Positions 33,674 through 44,032 of a stretch of DNA of 64,000 nt are shown in pieces. Under the pieces are notes generated by a model. That model was not told the origin of the DNA. It saw only the letters and a program-made list of their open reading frames with translations, and did not search any database. The stretch is taken from contig CAYRPO010000001.1 of assembly GCA_964426305.1 (NCBI GenBank), positions 732 through 64,731 on the forward strand. Reading direction: 5' to 3'. The position numbers and the translations under genes were made by a program. The DNA comes from an uncultured Candidatus Saccharibacteria bacterium. Lineage in GTDB: Bacteria > Patescibacteriota > Saccharimonadia > Saccharimonadales > CAIOMD01. Positions within the stretch are counted from its first letter, which is position 1, and the number at the start of each line of letters is the position of its first letter.

Positions 33674-34645
33674 ATGCGCAACCAAGAAACACAACCAGAG
33701 CTCGTTGCCGATAAGCAGCGCGATATCGTGATCGTTGGTGCTGGACCAGCCGCACTGACGGCTGCTGTGTATACAACTAGAGAAGATATCGACACCCTAT
33801 TGCTCGAAAAGGGTGCCATAGGTGGCCTCGCGGCTATAACAGACTGGGTCGATAACTATCCGGGCTTTCCAGAGGGTATTAGTGGCCTGGATTTGGCGCA
33901 AAATCTACAGCAACAGGCCGAGCGATTTGGTGCGCAGATTGATTTTGCCGAAGTAACTGGCATTGAGCGTCAGGCAGACAATACGATCCGGCTCCGCACG
34001 ACAGATGATTCTTACGTTGCGAGGGCAGTTTTGCTGGCAACTGGCAGTGATCACCGTAAGTTAGGAATCAAGGGCGAGGATACCTACTATGGCCGTGGTG
34101 TTCATTACTGTGCAACCTGCGACGGTGCGTTTTACCGAGAAAAGCGGTTGGTGGTGGTTGGCGGTGGTAACTCTGCCGTCCAAGAAGCTCTCTTTCTTAC
34201 TCGCTTTGCAAGCCATATAGATCTACTAGTTCGTAGCACATTACGAGCAAGTGATGTTTTACTGCGAGCACTAGAAAATAATGATAAAATCACCGTCCAT
34301 ACGGGGATCATTCCACAAGAAATTGTGGGTGACGACAATGGCGTGACGCATGTTGTGTGCGCTCAAAATGATGCAACGGTTCGCGTTGACTGTGATGGCG
34401 TTTTTGTATTCATAGGACTTCTGCCTAATACTGCCTTCCTAAAGCATACTGCCGTAGAGCTTGATGAAACTGGTTTTATCGTGACCGATGCAAAACTACA
34501 GACTGCCATACCTGGTGTTTTTGCCGCTGGTGACGTGCGTAGTGGTGCGACTATGCAGATTGCAAGCGCAGTCGGTGAAGGCGCAACAGCGGCACTGCAT
34601 ATCCGTGAGTATATCGAAGGTAGTCACCTATCTCCTGGGCTATAA
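33674..34645 (+). CDS. trxB: Thioredoxin-disulfide reductase
   Basis: VIVGAGPAALTAAVY, the redox centre CATCDGAFY, VVVGGGNSAVQEA and AAGDV are present. An alternative TTG start at 33653 overlaps the upstream gene. Confidence 0.9.
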   Translation: MRNQETQPELVADKQRDIVIVGAGPAALTAAVYTTREDIDTLLLEKGAIGGLAAITDWVDNYPGFPEGISGLDLAQNLQQQAERFGAQIDFAEVTGIERQADNTIRLRTTDDSYVARAVLLATGSDHRKLGIKGEDTYYGRGVHYCATCDGAFYREKRLVVVGGGNSAVQEALFLTRFASHIDLLVRSTLRASDVLLRALENNDKITVHTGIIPQEIVGDDNGVTHVVCAQNDATVRVDCDGVFVFIGLLPNTAFLKHTAVELDETGFIVTDAKLQTAIPGVFAAGDVRSGATMQIASAVGEGATAALHIREYIEGSHLSPGL

Positions 34646-34657
34646 CAGGACTCGCGT

Positions 34658-35131
34658 ATGGCAGTTAGCAAGTCTACGTCCACTATGCAGCTTACAACAT
34701 ATCAGGCAGTCATCGCGCAGTCACGTGCATTTCGTGCTTTGCGTACTTTTATGTCAACGACATTACTGCGCCATAACCTAACTATGACTCAGTGGCTTAT
34801 GCTTGGCATGATAGTTGACGCCAAAGAAGCAGGTGTTCGCGTGTCGGATCTTGCTGATGTTTTGGGTGTTGAAATGCCGGTTGTGACCAATCTAGTAAAC
34901 CGTGCCGAGCAGGCCGGGCAGATCCGTCGTGTGGCGGATGATACTGACAAGCGTTCTCGTCGTATCGTGGTAACGCCGGAGTTTGCAGAATGTATTTGCG
35001 CCATAGAAGGCGAGTTGCAACATGAAGCCCAGCAGTGGATGTGCGGTTTGTCTCGACAGGATATGGATGGCTATTTTGCGATAGTCGAGGCTCTGGCGAC
35101 ATGCGACAACAAGAGCTATACTAATCGATAG
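34658..35131 (+). CDS. MarR-family transcriptional regulator
   Basis: The ORF is 157 aa with a winged HTH (LTMTQWLMLGMIVDA...VRVSDLADVLGVEMPVVTNLVNRAEQAGQIRRVADDTDKRSRRI). Confidence 0.8.
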   Translation: MAVSKSTSTMQLTTYQAVIAQSRAFRALRTFMSTTLLRHNLTMTQWLMLGMIVDAKEAGVRVSDLADVLGVEMPVVTNLVNRAEQAGQIRRVADDTDKRSRRIVVTPEFAECICAIEGELQHEAQQWMCGLSRQDMDGYFAIVEALATCDNKSYTNR

Positions 35132-35200
35132 ACATAAGCACAAGCTCGTCAAGCATCGTATGATGTTCACTGAAACAATCGAAAAAAGAGGGGGAACCAC

Positions 35201-35776
35201 ATGAAAAAACCGATCGCCATTGTATCCGGAATTGTTATCGTAGCAGCTCTTGGGGGCCTTGGTTGGTGGGTGTATGGGCAAAATACTTCCAGCCAAACAG
35301 ATTCACAAGAATCGACACAAACAGAGAGTGCGGCGTCAAACAAAGTCTCTACCAAAAATCTCATTGTATTTTCTACCGAAAACAAAGATCTTGCAATTTT
35401 CGTGTCGTCCATACAGCTCGCTGGGTTGACAGAGACACTTCAGGGTCCTGGCCCATACACTGTGCTCGCGCCAATGAAAAAGGCATTTGAGGCACTTCCG
35501 ACGGGCATGCTCGCAACATTGCAAAAGTCTGAAAATAAAGCTAAGTTAGCGGATATTTTGAAATATCACGTCTTACAAGGTGCGGTAACAACCGATCAGC
35601 TAACTGACGGCCAAAAGATCAAAACGGTCGAAGGCGGTGAGCTAGTTGTTGAGAAGAAAGACAAAACTGTCTATTTGGTAGATGCGAAGGGTGGCAAGGC
35701 AATGATCGAGAAGGCTGATTACAAAGTAAGCAATGGCGTCGTGCATACCGTAAATGCCGTTTTACTGCCGCAGTAA
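35201..35776 (+). CDS. Fasciclin (FAS1) domain protein, secreted or anchored
   Basis: A signal/TM is followed by GPYTVLAPMKKAFEALP...ILKYHVLQG...NGVVHTVNAVLLP. Confidence 0.85.
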   Translation: MKKPIAIVSGIVIVAALGGLGWWVYGQNTSSQTDSQESTQTESAASNKVSTKNLIVFSTENKDLAIFVSSIQLAGLTETLQGPGPYTVLAPMKKAFEALPTGMLATLQKSENKAKLADILKYHVLQGAVTTDQLTDGQKIKTVEGGELVVEKKDKTVYLVDAKGGKAMIEKADYKVSNGVVHTVNAVLLPQ

Positions 35777-35810
35777 GCATGATTGACGCGGTGCGCTCGC
35801 AGTTATTGTT

Positions 35811-36476
35811 TCATTGAAAGCGATCAGGAAAGTCAGTCACGATACCGTAAAGTCCATGCCTTTGCCACCAGGCTGCTTTGGCTGGATTGTTGACAGTATA
35901 TGCCGTCAGTTTGTAGCCATGATGTTTCATGGACCGAATAAAACCAAACCATACCACGTGTCGTTTCATGGTAATTCGTTTCGTACTAAGCTTTCGGGCC
36001 CGCCACGTAGCGCGCGTACCAAAGAATCGCTCCAAGACCTCGATGTCCACCTTGGGTAGTTCGTGATGGAGTGTTTGCAGTGTGCGAAAGCTAAAAGATG
36101 AAAATACAAAGCGATCAGCAGGTATGCCGTCTGTAAGCTTTTTTTGGATCATAGCTATAATTGGTGCGGTGTCGACATTGGGCTTGACCTCAATGCGCAA
36201 CGGTACGCGATTATTGACTAGATCTATCGCTTCGTCCAACGTTGCCAGATCGGGCTTTAGCATTCGTAATTCTGCAAGTGTGTGCGACGCAATTACTGCA
36301 GCATTTCCCGTTAGGCGTTTTAGTGTTTTGTCGTGCATCAGCACAACCGTGCCGTCGCTCGTAACGCGAGCATCAACCTCCACCTCATCAACAGCACACA
36401 TTAGTGATCGCTGTATGCCTGCTAAAGTGTTTTCTGGCGCCAGACCTTTGGCGCCACGATGTCCAATGATTTTCAT
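35811..36476 (-). CDS. Glycerophosphodiester phosphodiesterase family protein
   Basis: IIGHRGAKGLAPENT, VEVDARVTSDG..VLMHD and the EVK motif are present. Length is 221 aa. Confidence 0.85.
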   Translation of the reverse strand: MKIIGHRGAKGLAPENTLAGIQRSLMCAVDEVEVDARVTSDGTVVLMHDKTLKRLTGNAAVIASHTLAELRMLKPDLATLDEAIDLVNNRVPLRIEVKPNVDTAPIIAMIQKKLTDGIPADRFVFSSFSFRTLQTLHHELPKVDIEVLERFFGTRATWRARKLSTKRITMKRHVVWFGFIRSMKHHGYKLTAYTVNNPAKAAWWQRHGLYGIVTDFPDRFQ

Positions 36477-36531
36477 GTTTCAGTTGTAAGTGTACAATAT
36501 ATGCATACACGTAAAAGGAGAAAATACCTCA

Positions 36532-37059
36532 ATGGCAGATTTTAACCAAGTTCTTACACCTGGCGACTACGCGAACGGCGTTGTTAATACAGTGATTGAA
36601 ATTCCAAAAGGATCAAGCCTAAAAGTCGAATGGGATCGTGAGCGTGCAGCGTTTATGTTGGATCGAGTTGAGCCACGGATTTTTGCAAAACCGACAAACT
36701 ACGGTTTTATACCACAAACGATCGACGAAGACGGCGACGAGCTGGACACGCTTGTTGTAACGGATGAACCAATTCCTATGGGTGTATGGCTCGAAGCTCA
36801 GGTCGTAGGCGTGCTGAATTTTGAAGATGATGGCGAAATGGATCACAAGATTGTTTGTGTGCCTGCAGACGACCGTCACACTGGCGACAGTGTCAAGTCA
36901 CTCGACGATCTTGGCGAGCGTTGGAAGCAACAGGTAGCGCACCACTTTACGCACTACAAGGACCTCAAAAAGCCTGGCAGTACCAAAGTCTTAGGCTGGG
37001 GTGACGTAGAAGCGGCAAAAGTAATCATTGCCGAGTGCATTGACCGTTTCACAAAGTAA
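36532..37059 (+). CDS. ppa: Inorganic pyrophosphatase (family I)
   Basis: An AAAAGGAG SD precedes the start. VIEIPKGSSLKVEWD, DGDELDTLVV and DHKIVCVPADD are present. Confidence 0.9.
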   Translation: MADFNQVLTPGDYANGVVNTVIEIPKGSSLKVEWDRERAAFMLDRVEPRIFAKPTNYGFIPQTIDEDGDELDTLVVTDEPIPMGVWLEAQVVGVLNFEDDGEMDHKIVCVPADDRHTGDSVKSLDDLGERWKQQVAHHFTHYKDLKKPGSTKVLGWGDVEAAKVIIAECIDRFTK

Positions 37060-37239
37060 TACTCGTTTTTCGAAAATCAGTGAATTGTTGTCATCGCTAC
37101 ATGATGGAGTATCGTTAACGTGCTACAGCAGACTGCTTCTGTCGTAGCGGTATAGATACATATGTTGCTCTTGAGGTGTTAAACGTAAGCGTATACAATA
37201 CAAGACAAAGAATATAACAATGAATCAAAAGGAGTGGGA

Positions 37240-38301
37240 ATGACAACGAAAGTAGCTATTAACGGATTTGGACGCATTGGACGCAACGCCTTTAAAGTAG
37301 CTTTTGAGCGAAGTGATCTAGACATTGTTGCCATTAACGACTTAACCGACACAAAGACACTGGCACATTTGCTGAAGCACGACAGTACCTATGGCACGTA
37401 TCACCACGAAGTGTCATTTGATGACGAAAATATCATAGTCGATGCTAAAAAGATTCGCGTTTACAAGCAAACAGATCCAGCCTTGTTGCCGTGGGGCGAC
37501 TTAGGTGTAGACGTTGTGATTGAATCGACTGGCTTTTTTGTGGATCCTGCCAAGGCTCGTGCGCATATTAACCCGGCAGGCGCAAAGAAAGTCGTGATCA
37601 GTGCTCCGGCCAAGGGCGAAGGCGCAACAACAATTGTTATTGGTGTGAACGAAGATAAGCTTGAGACTGCAAGCGACATCATCAGCAACGCGAGCTGTAC
37701 AACAAACTGCATCACACCTGTCATGGATGTGATCGAGCAGAATTTTGGTATCGAAAAAGCCATGATGACAACTGTACATAGCTATACTGCAAGCCAGCGT
37801 TTGCAAGATGCTCCTGCAAAAGACTTGCGTGAGGCTCGTAATGCAGCAGAAAACATTGTGCCAACGACCACTGGTGCAAGCATTGCTGCTGGCCAGGCAT
37901 TGCCGGCAATTGCGGGCGTATTCGGCGGCCTAAGCGTACGCGTCCCAACCCCTGTCGTATCATTGAGTGATTTCGTGATTGTCACCAAGCGTGACGTTAC
38001 GAAAGAAGAAGTAAACGCCGCATTCAAGAAAGCAGCAGCGGAGCCCTACTACCAAGGAATTCTTGCCGCCACAGAAGAAGAGCTTGTGTCGAGCGACTTC
38101 ATAGGTAACAGCCATAGCTGCACAGTTGATTTACCTTTGACAAGCGTTGTCGGCGGTAACCTGTTAAAAGTAGTTGCTTGGTATGACAATGAATGGGGTT
38201 ACAGTAATCGCCTCATCGAGCTCGTTGCCGATACTGGTCGTATATTGCACGGTGACAAGATGAGCCCAGCCTTAGCCCAGCCCGAAGAGGCACATATCTA
38301 G
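37240..38301 (+). CDS. gap: Type I glyceraldehyde-3-phosphate dehydrogenase
   Basis: VAINGFGRIGRN, the active-site SNASCTTNC and WYDNEWGYSNR are present. A GGAG SD precedes ATG 37240. Confidence 0.95.
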   Translation: MTTKVAINGFGRIGRNAFKVAFERSDLDIVAINDLTDTKTLAHLLKHDSTYGTYHHEVSFDDENIIVDAKKIRVYKQTDPALLPWGDLGVDVVIESTGFFVDPAKARAHINPAGAKKVVISAPAKGEGATTIVIGVNEDKLETASDIISNASCTTNCITPVMDVIEQNFGIEKAMMTTVHSYTASQRLQDAPAKDLREARNAAENIVPTTTGASIAAGQALPAIAGVFGGLSVRVPTPVVSLSDFVIVTKRDVTKEEVNAAFKKAAAEPYYQGILAATEEELVSSDFIGNSHSCTVDLPLTSVVGGNLLKVVAWYDNEWGYSNRLIELVADTGRILHGDKMSPALAQPEEAHI

Positions 38302-38303
38302 AC

Positions 38304-38750
38304 ATGAAAATCTATGTCGGAAGCGATCATCGGGGGTTTGCATTCAAGGCGCAGTTGCTAGATTATGTGCGCTCAATTGGACATGACGTACAGGATGTCG
38401 GCGACAAAAAACTAGATCCAGACGATGATTTTCCGATATTTGCCGCAAAAGCGGTGCAGTTGGTTCTTGCCGATCCTGACCGTGATGCGCGTGCCATACT
38501 AATCTGCGGGAGCGGACAGGGCATGGCAATTGCCGCCAATCGCTTTCGTGGAATTAGGGCAGGGCTTGGTTGGAGTATTGAGGCGGCTAAAAGTACGCGA
38601 AATGATGAAGACAGCAACGTTCTTGCATTGCCTGCTGAACTTATGGGTAACGAAAAAAAATGGCAAGACATCGTTCACGCCTGGCTATCGACCCCTTTTG
38701 CCAATGCGCCACGGTTTATTCGGCGCAATAGGCAGCTTGATGATTTTTAA
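38304..38750 (+). CDS. rpiB: Ribose-5-phosphate isomerase B (RpiB/LacA/LacB family)
   Basis: MKIYVGSDHRGF, ILICGSGQGMAIAANR and the 148 aa length fit the family. Confidence 0.9.
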   Translation: MKIYVGSDHRGFAFKAQLLDYVRSIGHDVQDVGDKKLDPDDDFPIFAAKAVQLVLADPDRDARAILICGSGQGMAIAANRFRGIRAGLGWSIEAAKSTRNDEDSNVLALPAELMGNEKKWQDIVHAWLSTPFANAPRFIRRNRQLDDF

Positions 38751-38811
38751 TACATACCATAAACGAGCGGCTGACTTTTAGGGCGGCTGCCCGTATAATA
38801 GTTGGATTACT

Positions 38812-39393
38812 ATGGATAAAAAAATAGCTCCTTTGCACGATCTAACAAAGTCGCAGCTTCGGCTTGATACTCCTGAACCAGCATCGACTGCGCCACTGGC
38901 GAAGACTACCATGGCATCTCCTGCGGCGACATCGGCTGTGCAGGGGGCGCCAGCTACCAAGTCGGCCTTGGATCCGTCGCTACCGCCAGCAAAGGGAGGT
39001 GCTATAGCGAGTACTGTCGGTACATCTGAGTATAAACTTTCTAGTGAGCAAAAGGGCCAGCTTGTTCTTATGTTGACTGGACTTGCCGTGTTGGGTGGTG
39101 TCCTGGCGTTTGTTGTCGCTAGTATTGTTGCATATCAGGTCTATAAAGCTAGACAATATAGCGTTATAACGCGCAACCAATACAAGACATTAGCAATCAT
39201 GGTTACTCTGGCACTTGGCGTGTCAATAGGACTTTTTCTTGCCTTATTTTTCATATCAGACTTTTTCCGGATTAGTGTCTCGGGATTTTATCTGTTGACA
39301 CTGATTTTGACTGCGCCAGCACTCATACTTTTTGCATACACACGTGTTTCATATCTTAACTACAGAGCCGATCGGCTTGCGGCAGAATCATAA
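38812..39393 (+). CDS. Hypothetical membrane protein embedded in the sugar-phosphate cluster
   Basis: The ORF is 193 aa. A Pro/Ala/Ser-rich N-terminal half is followed by three or four TM segments. There is no motif. Confidence 0.5.
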   Translation: MDKKIAPLHDLTKSQLRLDTPEPASTAPLAKTTMASPAATSAVQGAPATKSALDPSLPPAKGGAIASTVGTSEYKLSSEQKGQLVLMLTGLAVLGGVLAFVVASIVAYQVYKARQYSVITRNQYKTLAIMVTLALGVSIGLFLALFFISDFFRISVSGFYLLTLILTAPALILFAYTRVSYLNYRADRLAAES

Positions 39394-40019
39394 TGTCAGT
39401 AGTTATTTGCCCGACCATAACTGCTCAAGAGCCGCACGAATACCGCACACAAGTTGAGCGAATTGCTCCCTTTGCAGAGCGTATTCATATTGATCTCATG
39501 GATGGTATATTTGCACCGACAGTGTCGGTTGCGGTGCCGAGAGTTTGGTGGCCGCATAGCGTCAAGGCAGATATACACCTTATGTATCAGAAGCCAGAAA
39601 GTGTTTTAGAGCAGCTTATATATCTGAAGCCGGACATGGTTATTATTCATGCCGAAGCAGAGGTAGATCACATGCAGTTTGCGGCACGGCTGCATGCAGA
39701 GGGTATGCAGGCCGGGCTGGCGCTGCTGCAACAGACTGCCGTCGTTGCCACTGAACGTTTTTTAAACAGTTTTGACTATGTGTTGATATTTAGTGGAACA
39801 CTAGGCTATCACGGAGGAGTCGCCGATTTGTCGCTGCTCGAGAAAGTACCTCAGATTCGTGATGCACATCCAGACGTCGAGATTGCATGGGACGGCGGTA
39901 TTTCCCTTGATAATGCGAAGGCATTGATTGACGGCGGTGTTCAAGTGCTCAATGTCGGGGGAGCGATACAGGGGGCAGACAGTCCACTGGCCGTCTATGC
40001 AGATCTATGTGCACAGTAA
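39393..40019 (+). CDS. rpe: Ribulose-phosphate 3-epimerase-like protein
   Basis: IHIDLMDGIFAP, a TIM-barrel pattern and the 208 aa length fit the family. There is a TAATG overlap with the upstream gene. Confidence 0.8.
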   Translation: MSVVICPTITAQEPHEYRTQVERIAPFAERIHIDLMDGIFAPTVSVAVPRVWWPHSVKADIHLMYQKPESVLEQLIYLKPDMVIIHAEAEVDHMQFAARLHAEGMQAGLALLQQTAVVATERFLNSFDYVLIFSGTLGYHGGVADLSLLEKVPQIRDAHPDVEIAWDGGISLDNAKALIDGGVQVLNVGGAIQGADSPLAVYADLCAQ

Positions 40020-40131
40020 TGCGTGGACGCCTTACTTAACGGCGATAAAGAGGGTCCGGTCTGTGTTCTGTACATGAGAATGCCTGTCCGAAACTAATAT
40101 GCTTATGCTACACTGTCTCTAGGAAGAATCT

Positions 40132-40998
40132 GTGACAGATATGACAAAAAAACTATCAATTCCAGAACTCGAAAAGCAGGCAAATGACATCCGAAAGAGC
40201 ATCCTTAAGATGCTTGAAACGGCTGGAAGCGGTCATTCGGCCGGCCCTTTAGGCTTAGCCGACATATTCACGGCGTTGTATTTTGATGTTCTGCAGCATG
40301 ATCCCAAAAACGTTGATTGGTCAGGGCGGGACATTTTATTGCTTAGCAATGGTCATTGCGCACCTGTGCAGTATGCTGCCATGGCACACGCGGGATACTT
40401 TCGAACAAGTGAGCTGCAGACCTTACGTCACTTTGGTTCACGCCTGCAAGGCCATCCTGAACGAACGAAACTTCCTGGTCTTGAAAATACCAGTGGTCCG
40501 CTGGGCTGCGGATTGAGCCAAGCTGTTGGTATGGCGCTTGGCATGCGAATGAACCGACAACATCACCGATGGGTATATGTAGTCATGGGTGATGGCGAAT
40601 TGAATGAGGGCAATATATGGGAAGGTGCTATGATGGCGTCAAAGTATCATCTGAACAATATCATAGGTATCATTGATCGAAACAACATACAGATCGATGG
40701 TCCCACTGAAACGGTTATGCCTCTTGAAGATCTTGCTGCCAAATGGGAAGCATTTGGGTGGCATGTGATTGAAATCGATGGCAATAACATTGAGGCTGTG
40801 ATTGATGCCTGCGCCATGGCTCGCGCCATTGTCGAGAAGCCTGTCATGCTTATTGCTCATACAGTCCCCGGCAAGGGCGTTGATTTTATGGAATACGATT
40901 TTCATTGGCATGGCGCGCCGCCAAATCATCAGCAAGCAGTCACGGCTCTTAAGCAGCTCAGGACGCTTGACGGCAAAATCAGGAGCGAGCATGAGTAA
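40132..40998 (+). CDS. tkt: Transketolase, N-terminal (thiamine diphosphate-binding) subunit
   Basis: SGHSAGPLGLADIFTALYF, the GDGELNEGNIWEG TPP motif and GTG 40132 after AGGAAG are present. Confidence 0.9.
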   Translation: MTDMTKKLSIPELEKQANDIRKSILKMLETAGSGHSAGPLGLADIFTALYFDVLQHDPKNVDWSGRDILLLSNGHCAPVQYAAMAHAGYFRTSELQTLRHFGSRLQGHPERTKLPGLENTSGPLGCGLSQAVGMALGMRMNRQHHRWVYVVMGDGELNEGNIWEGAMMASKYHLNNIIGIIDRNNIQIDGPTETVMPLEDLAAKWEAFGWHVIEIDGNNIEAVIDACAMARAIVEKPVMLIAHTVPGKGVDFMEYDFHWHGAPPNHQQAVTALKQLRTLDGKIRSEHE

Positions 40999-41974
40999 GC
41001 TCTATTTGTCGGAATATTTACAGAAAGAGGTTGCCATGGAGCCAACACGCAAGGGTTTTGGCCGCGGACTGAAACGGGCAGGAGAGCTCAGTGAAAACGT
41101 TGTGGCGGCGTGTGCCGATTTAACCGAGAGCACGCAAATGTACTTGTTTCGTGATGCATTTCCGGAGCGCTTTGTCGAAATTGGTGTAGCTGAACAAAAT
41201 CTGGTGACAGTCGGGTCTGGTTTAGCCGCTATGGGCAAGATTCCGTTCGTGAGTAGCTATGCAGCGTTTAGTCCTGGTCGTAACTGGGAACAGATACGCA
41301 CGACGATTTGCTTAAACAATCGTCCGGTGAAAATCGTTGGATCGCATGCCGGCCTTTATACGGGTGCAGACGGTGCTACGCATCAGATGCTCGAGGATAT
41401 CGCTCTCATGAGGGTGCTGCCTAACATGGTTGTCGTTGTGCCGGGTGACTCCCTTGAGGCCGAAAAGGCGACGATTGCTCTCGCAGCCGACAGTCGTCCA
41501 GGGTACTTGCGATTGACGCGCGAAGCAACGCCTATTTTTACTACTGCTGAGACGCCTTTTGAGCTTGGAAAAGCATATGTGCTCGAACATGGTCATGACA
41601 TTACAATTGTCTCGACAGGTGTTATGACGCACCAAGCGCTCGTTGCAGCCGATGCGCTCTTCAAGGATGGCATAGGAGCTGAGATTGTGCATGTGCCAAC
41701 TATCAAGCCACTTGACGCTGTTACGATTTTACAAAGTGCCGGAAAAACGAAAGCGGTGATTACCGTAGAGGAGGCGCAGGTTAATGGCGGACTCGGTGGT
41801 GCAGTTGCTGAGTTGTTGGCCGAGCACCTGCCTACTCCTATGCGGCGAATGGGAATACATGATGCATTTGGAGAAAGTGGAACACCGGCTGAGCTGCTGC
41901 ACGCACATGGCCTAACCGCACAGCATATTGTGATGCAAGCACACGAACTATTAACAACATTACAGAGGCAATAA
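40991..41974 (+). CDS. tkt: Transketolase, C-terminal (pyrimidine-binding) subunit
   Basis: ATG 40991 follows the AGGAG SD, giving an 8-nt overlap with the N-terminal subunit gene. FVEIGVAEQNLV is present. The track ORF from 40802 is an out-of-context upstream extension. Confidence 0.9.
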   Translation: MSKLYLSEYLQKEVAMEPTRKGFGRGLKRAGELSENVVAACADLTESTQMYLFRDAFPERFVEIGVAEQNLVTVGSGLAAMGKIPFVSSYAAFSPGRNWEQIRTTICLNNRPVKIVGSHAGLYTGADGATHQMLEDIALMRVLPNMVVVVPGDSLEAEKATIALAADSRPGYLRLTREATPIFTTAETPFELGKAYVLEHGHDITIVSTGVMTHQALVAADALFKDGIGAEIVHVPTIKPLDAVTILQSAGKTKAVITVEEAQVNGGLGGAVAELLAEHLPTPMRRMGIHDAFGESGTPAELLHAHGLTAQHIVMQAHELLTTLQRQ

Positions 41975-41975
41975 C

Positions 41976-42890
41976 ATGGCACTGACAATCAAACAAATAC
42001 GCGCAAACTGTACAAATGCCCGTACTGCAATACAACGGGCTAGAGATGGTCATTATGCAATAGGTGCATTTAATATCGACAATCAGGAGACCCTAATCGC
42101 CATATGTCTTGCTGCCCAAAAACTCCAGGCACCAGTCATGGTTGAGGTGTCTGATGGCGAAGTCAAGGCTATGGGCCTCGATAATGTCCGTGACCTTGTT
42201 GACAACTATAAGGTGCAATACGGCGTAGAAATGTATGTTAATCTTGACCATAGTCCAAGCGTTGAGGATGCCAAAGCCGGGATCGATGCTGGCTTTGAAT
42301 TTATTCACATTGATGTAAGTCAGGCAAACCATCATGCAACCGATGATGAGATCATCCAGGCAACTCGAGAGGTTGTCGCATATGCGAGCTTTACCGGTGC
42401 GTTAGTAGAGAGTGAGCCGCATTATTTTGGAGGCTCATCAAATGTGCACAGAGAAGCTTTTGATTACGAAGAGATTAAAAAGACATTCAGTACTCCAAAA
42501 ACGGCCAAAGCCTTTGTTGATGCGACTGGCATCGATACATTTGCGGCAGCAATCGGCAATCTGCATGGGAGTTATCCCGTGCCCAAGACACTCGATCTTG
42601 ACCTGCTCGAGAAGATTCGCAGTAGTATAGACTGCAATATTTCACTCCATGGCGGCAGTGGTACACCAGGCCATTTCTTCGAAGAGGCTGTGCGTATCGG
42701 CGTGACAAAGATTAACGTCAATAGTGATATGCGAAAAGCATTTCGAGATACGCTAGAAAAAGTATTGCGCGAAAACCCCGATGAATATGCTGTCGTCAAG
42801 CTTATGCCAGAGGTGTATTCGGCCGTGCAACAGGTTGTTGAGACAAAGCTGCATAGCTATAACTCGATTGGCAAGGCCCATAATGCTTAG
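41976..42890 (+). CDS. fba: Class II fructose-bisphosphate aldolase family protein
   Basis: GAFNIDN, VNLDHS, AIGNLHG and LHGGSGTP motifs are present. Length is 304 aa. Confidence 0.9.
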   Translation: MALTIKQIRANCTNARTAIQRARDGHYAIGAFNIDNQETLIAICLAAQKLQAPVMVEVSDGEVKAMGLDNVRDLVDNYKVQYGVEMYVNLDHSPSVEDAKAGIDAGFEFIHIDVSQANHHATDDEIIQATREVVAYASFTGALVESEPHYFGGSSNVHREAFDYEEIKKTFSTPKTAKAFVDATGIDTFAAAIGNLHGSYPVPKTLDLDLLEKIRSSIDCNISLHGGSGTPGHFFEEAVRIGVTKINVNSDMRKAFRDTLEKVLRENPDEYAVVKLMPEVYSAVQQVVETKLHSYNSIGKAHNA

Positions 42891-43004
42891 CCGTAAAATC
42901 TACTAAAATATCGTCGATCCTGAAGCATAAGTGCTATACTACCTCTAGACAAAAATAACATTTGTAGCCCCCGGGCGGGGCTAGCGGCAAAAAAGGAGCT
43001 ACGA

Positions 43005-44012
43005 GTGGCCGATCATCAACTTGACGTACTGGCAATCGGTGACGTTGTCACGGATGCATTTGTAAAACTAGAGGACGACCAGGCTCGCATAGATCATGAA
43101 GAAAATGGCATGCGTCTTAGTATGCCGTTTGGCATGAAAGTGCCGTTCCATCATTCGATTGTTTTGGAAGGTGTTGGCAATGCTGCAAATGCCTCGGTTG
43201 CATTTGCGCGCCTTGGGTTATCTTCGGGCTTGGTCAGCAATGTCGGTGCTGATGCATGGGGCCGAGATATCATTAGATCTTTGCATGACAAAAATGTTGA
43301 CACGCGATTTGTGCATATAAATCCCGATAAAGTGAGTAACTACCATTATGTTTTATGGTATGGTGACGAACGTACAATCTTAATCAAGCATGAGGAATAC
43401 GACTACAAATGGCCGCGTTTTCGACAGGCCGATGAGCCGCGATGGGTATATTTTAGCTCCATTGCCGAAAAGGCAATTGATGAATACCATGATGAGGTTG
43501 CGGATTGGCTAGAAGAAAACACCCAGATTAAGTTTGCCTTTCAGCCTGGTACGTATCAGATGAACGCTGGCGTTGAGCGATTGAGTAGACTATACGCTCG
43601 GGCAGAAGTAGTCATATTGAATCGAGAAGAGGCAGTATTAGTGTTCGGCGGTGATCATAGTGATATACACGATCTGTTAAGCCGCATGCATAGCGCCGGC
43701 ATTAAGATTGCCGTGATTACCGACGGCCCCAATGGTGCCTATGCGTCAAATGGCGAAGAACGATATCGCATGCCGCTCTATCCTGATCCGGCGCCCCCAG
43801 TAGAACGCACCGGTGCTGGCGATGCATTCGCTAGCACGCTTGTGGCGGCGCTTATGAATGGCGAAAATCTTGTAGAAGCACTTCGGTGGGCTCCAATCAA
43901 CTCCATGAACGTCGTTCAGCACGTAGGCGCTCAAGACGGCCTACTGGGGCGTGATCAACTTTTTGAATATCTTCGCAATGCTCCAGACTGGTATTGGCCA
44001 GAGCGCATTTAA
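43005..44012 (+). CDS. PfkB-family carbohydrate kinase
   Basis: LAIGDVVTD, GGVGNAANASV-like and the C-terminal TGAGDAFASTLVAAL motifs are present. GTG 43005 lies 6 nt after AAGGAG. Confidence 0.85.
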   Translation: MADHQLDVLAIGDVVTDAFVKLEDDQARIDHEENGMRLSMPFGMKVPFHHSIVLEGVGNAANASVAFARLGLSSGLVSNVGADAWGRDIIRSLHDKNVDTRFVHINPDKVSNYHYVLWYGDERTILIKHEEYDYKWPRFRQADEPRWVYFSSIAEKAIDEYHDEVADWLEENTQIKFAFQPGTYQMNAGVERLSRLYARAEVVILNREEAVLVFGGDHSDIHDLLSRMHSAGIKIAVITDGPNGAYASNGEERYRMPLYPDPAPPVERTGAGDAFASTLVAALMNGENLVEALRWAPINSMNVVQHVGAQDGLLGRDQLFEYLRNAPDWYWPERI

Positions 44013-44032
44013 GCCAAAAGGAACAAGCATAT

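Noticed and set aside
40802-40990. The long N-terminal extension of the transketolase C-terminal subunit ORF. The same issue applies to the track ORFs at 8367, 14372, 28092, 36490, 43994 and 55203.
   Set aside because: The extensions overlap the preceding gene or lack homology-like sequence. Internal ATG/GTG codons preceded by an SD or a -10 box give N-termini that match the family consensus.
42965-42983. A 7-bp GC hairpin (TAGCCCC-CGGGC-GGGGCTA) in the 5' UTR of the PfkB kinase gene
   Set aside because: It is too small and generic to assign to a riboswitch or attenuator, and no alternative pairing was visible.
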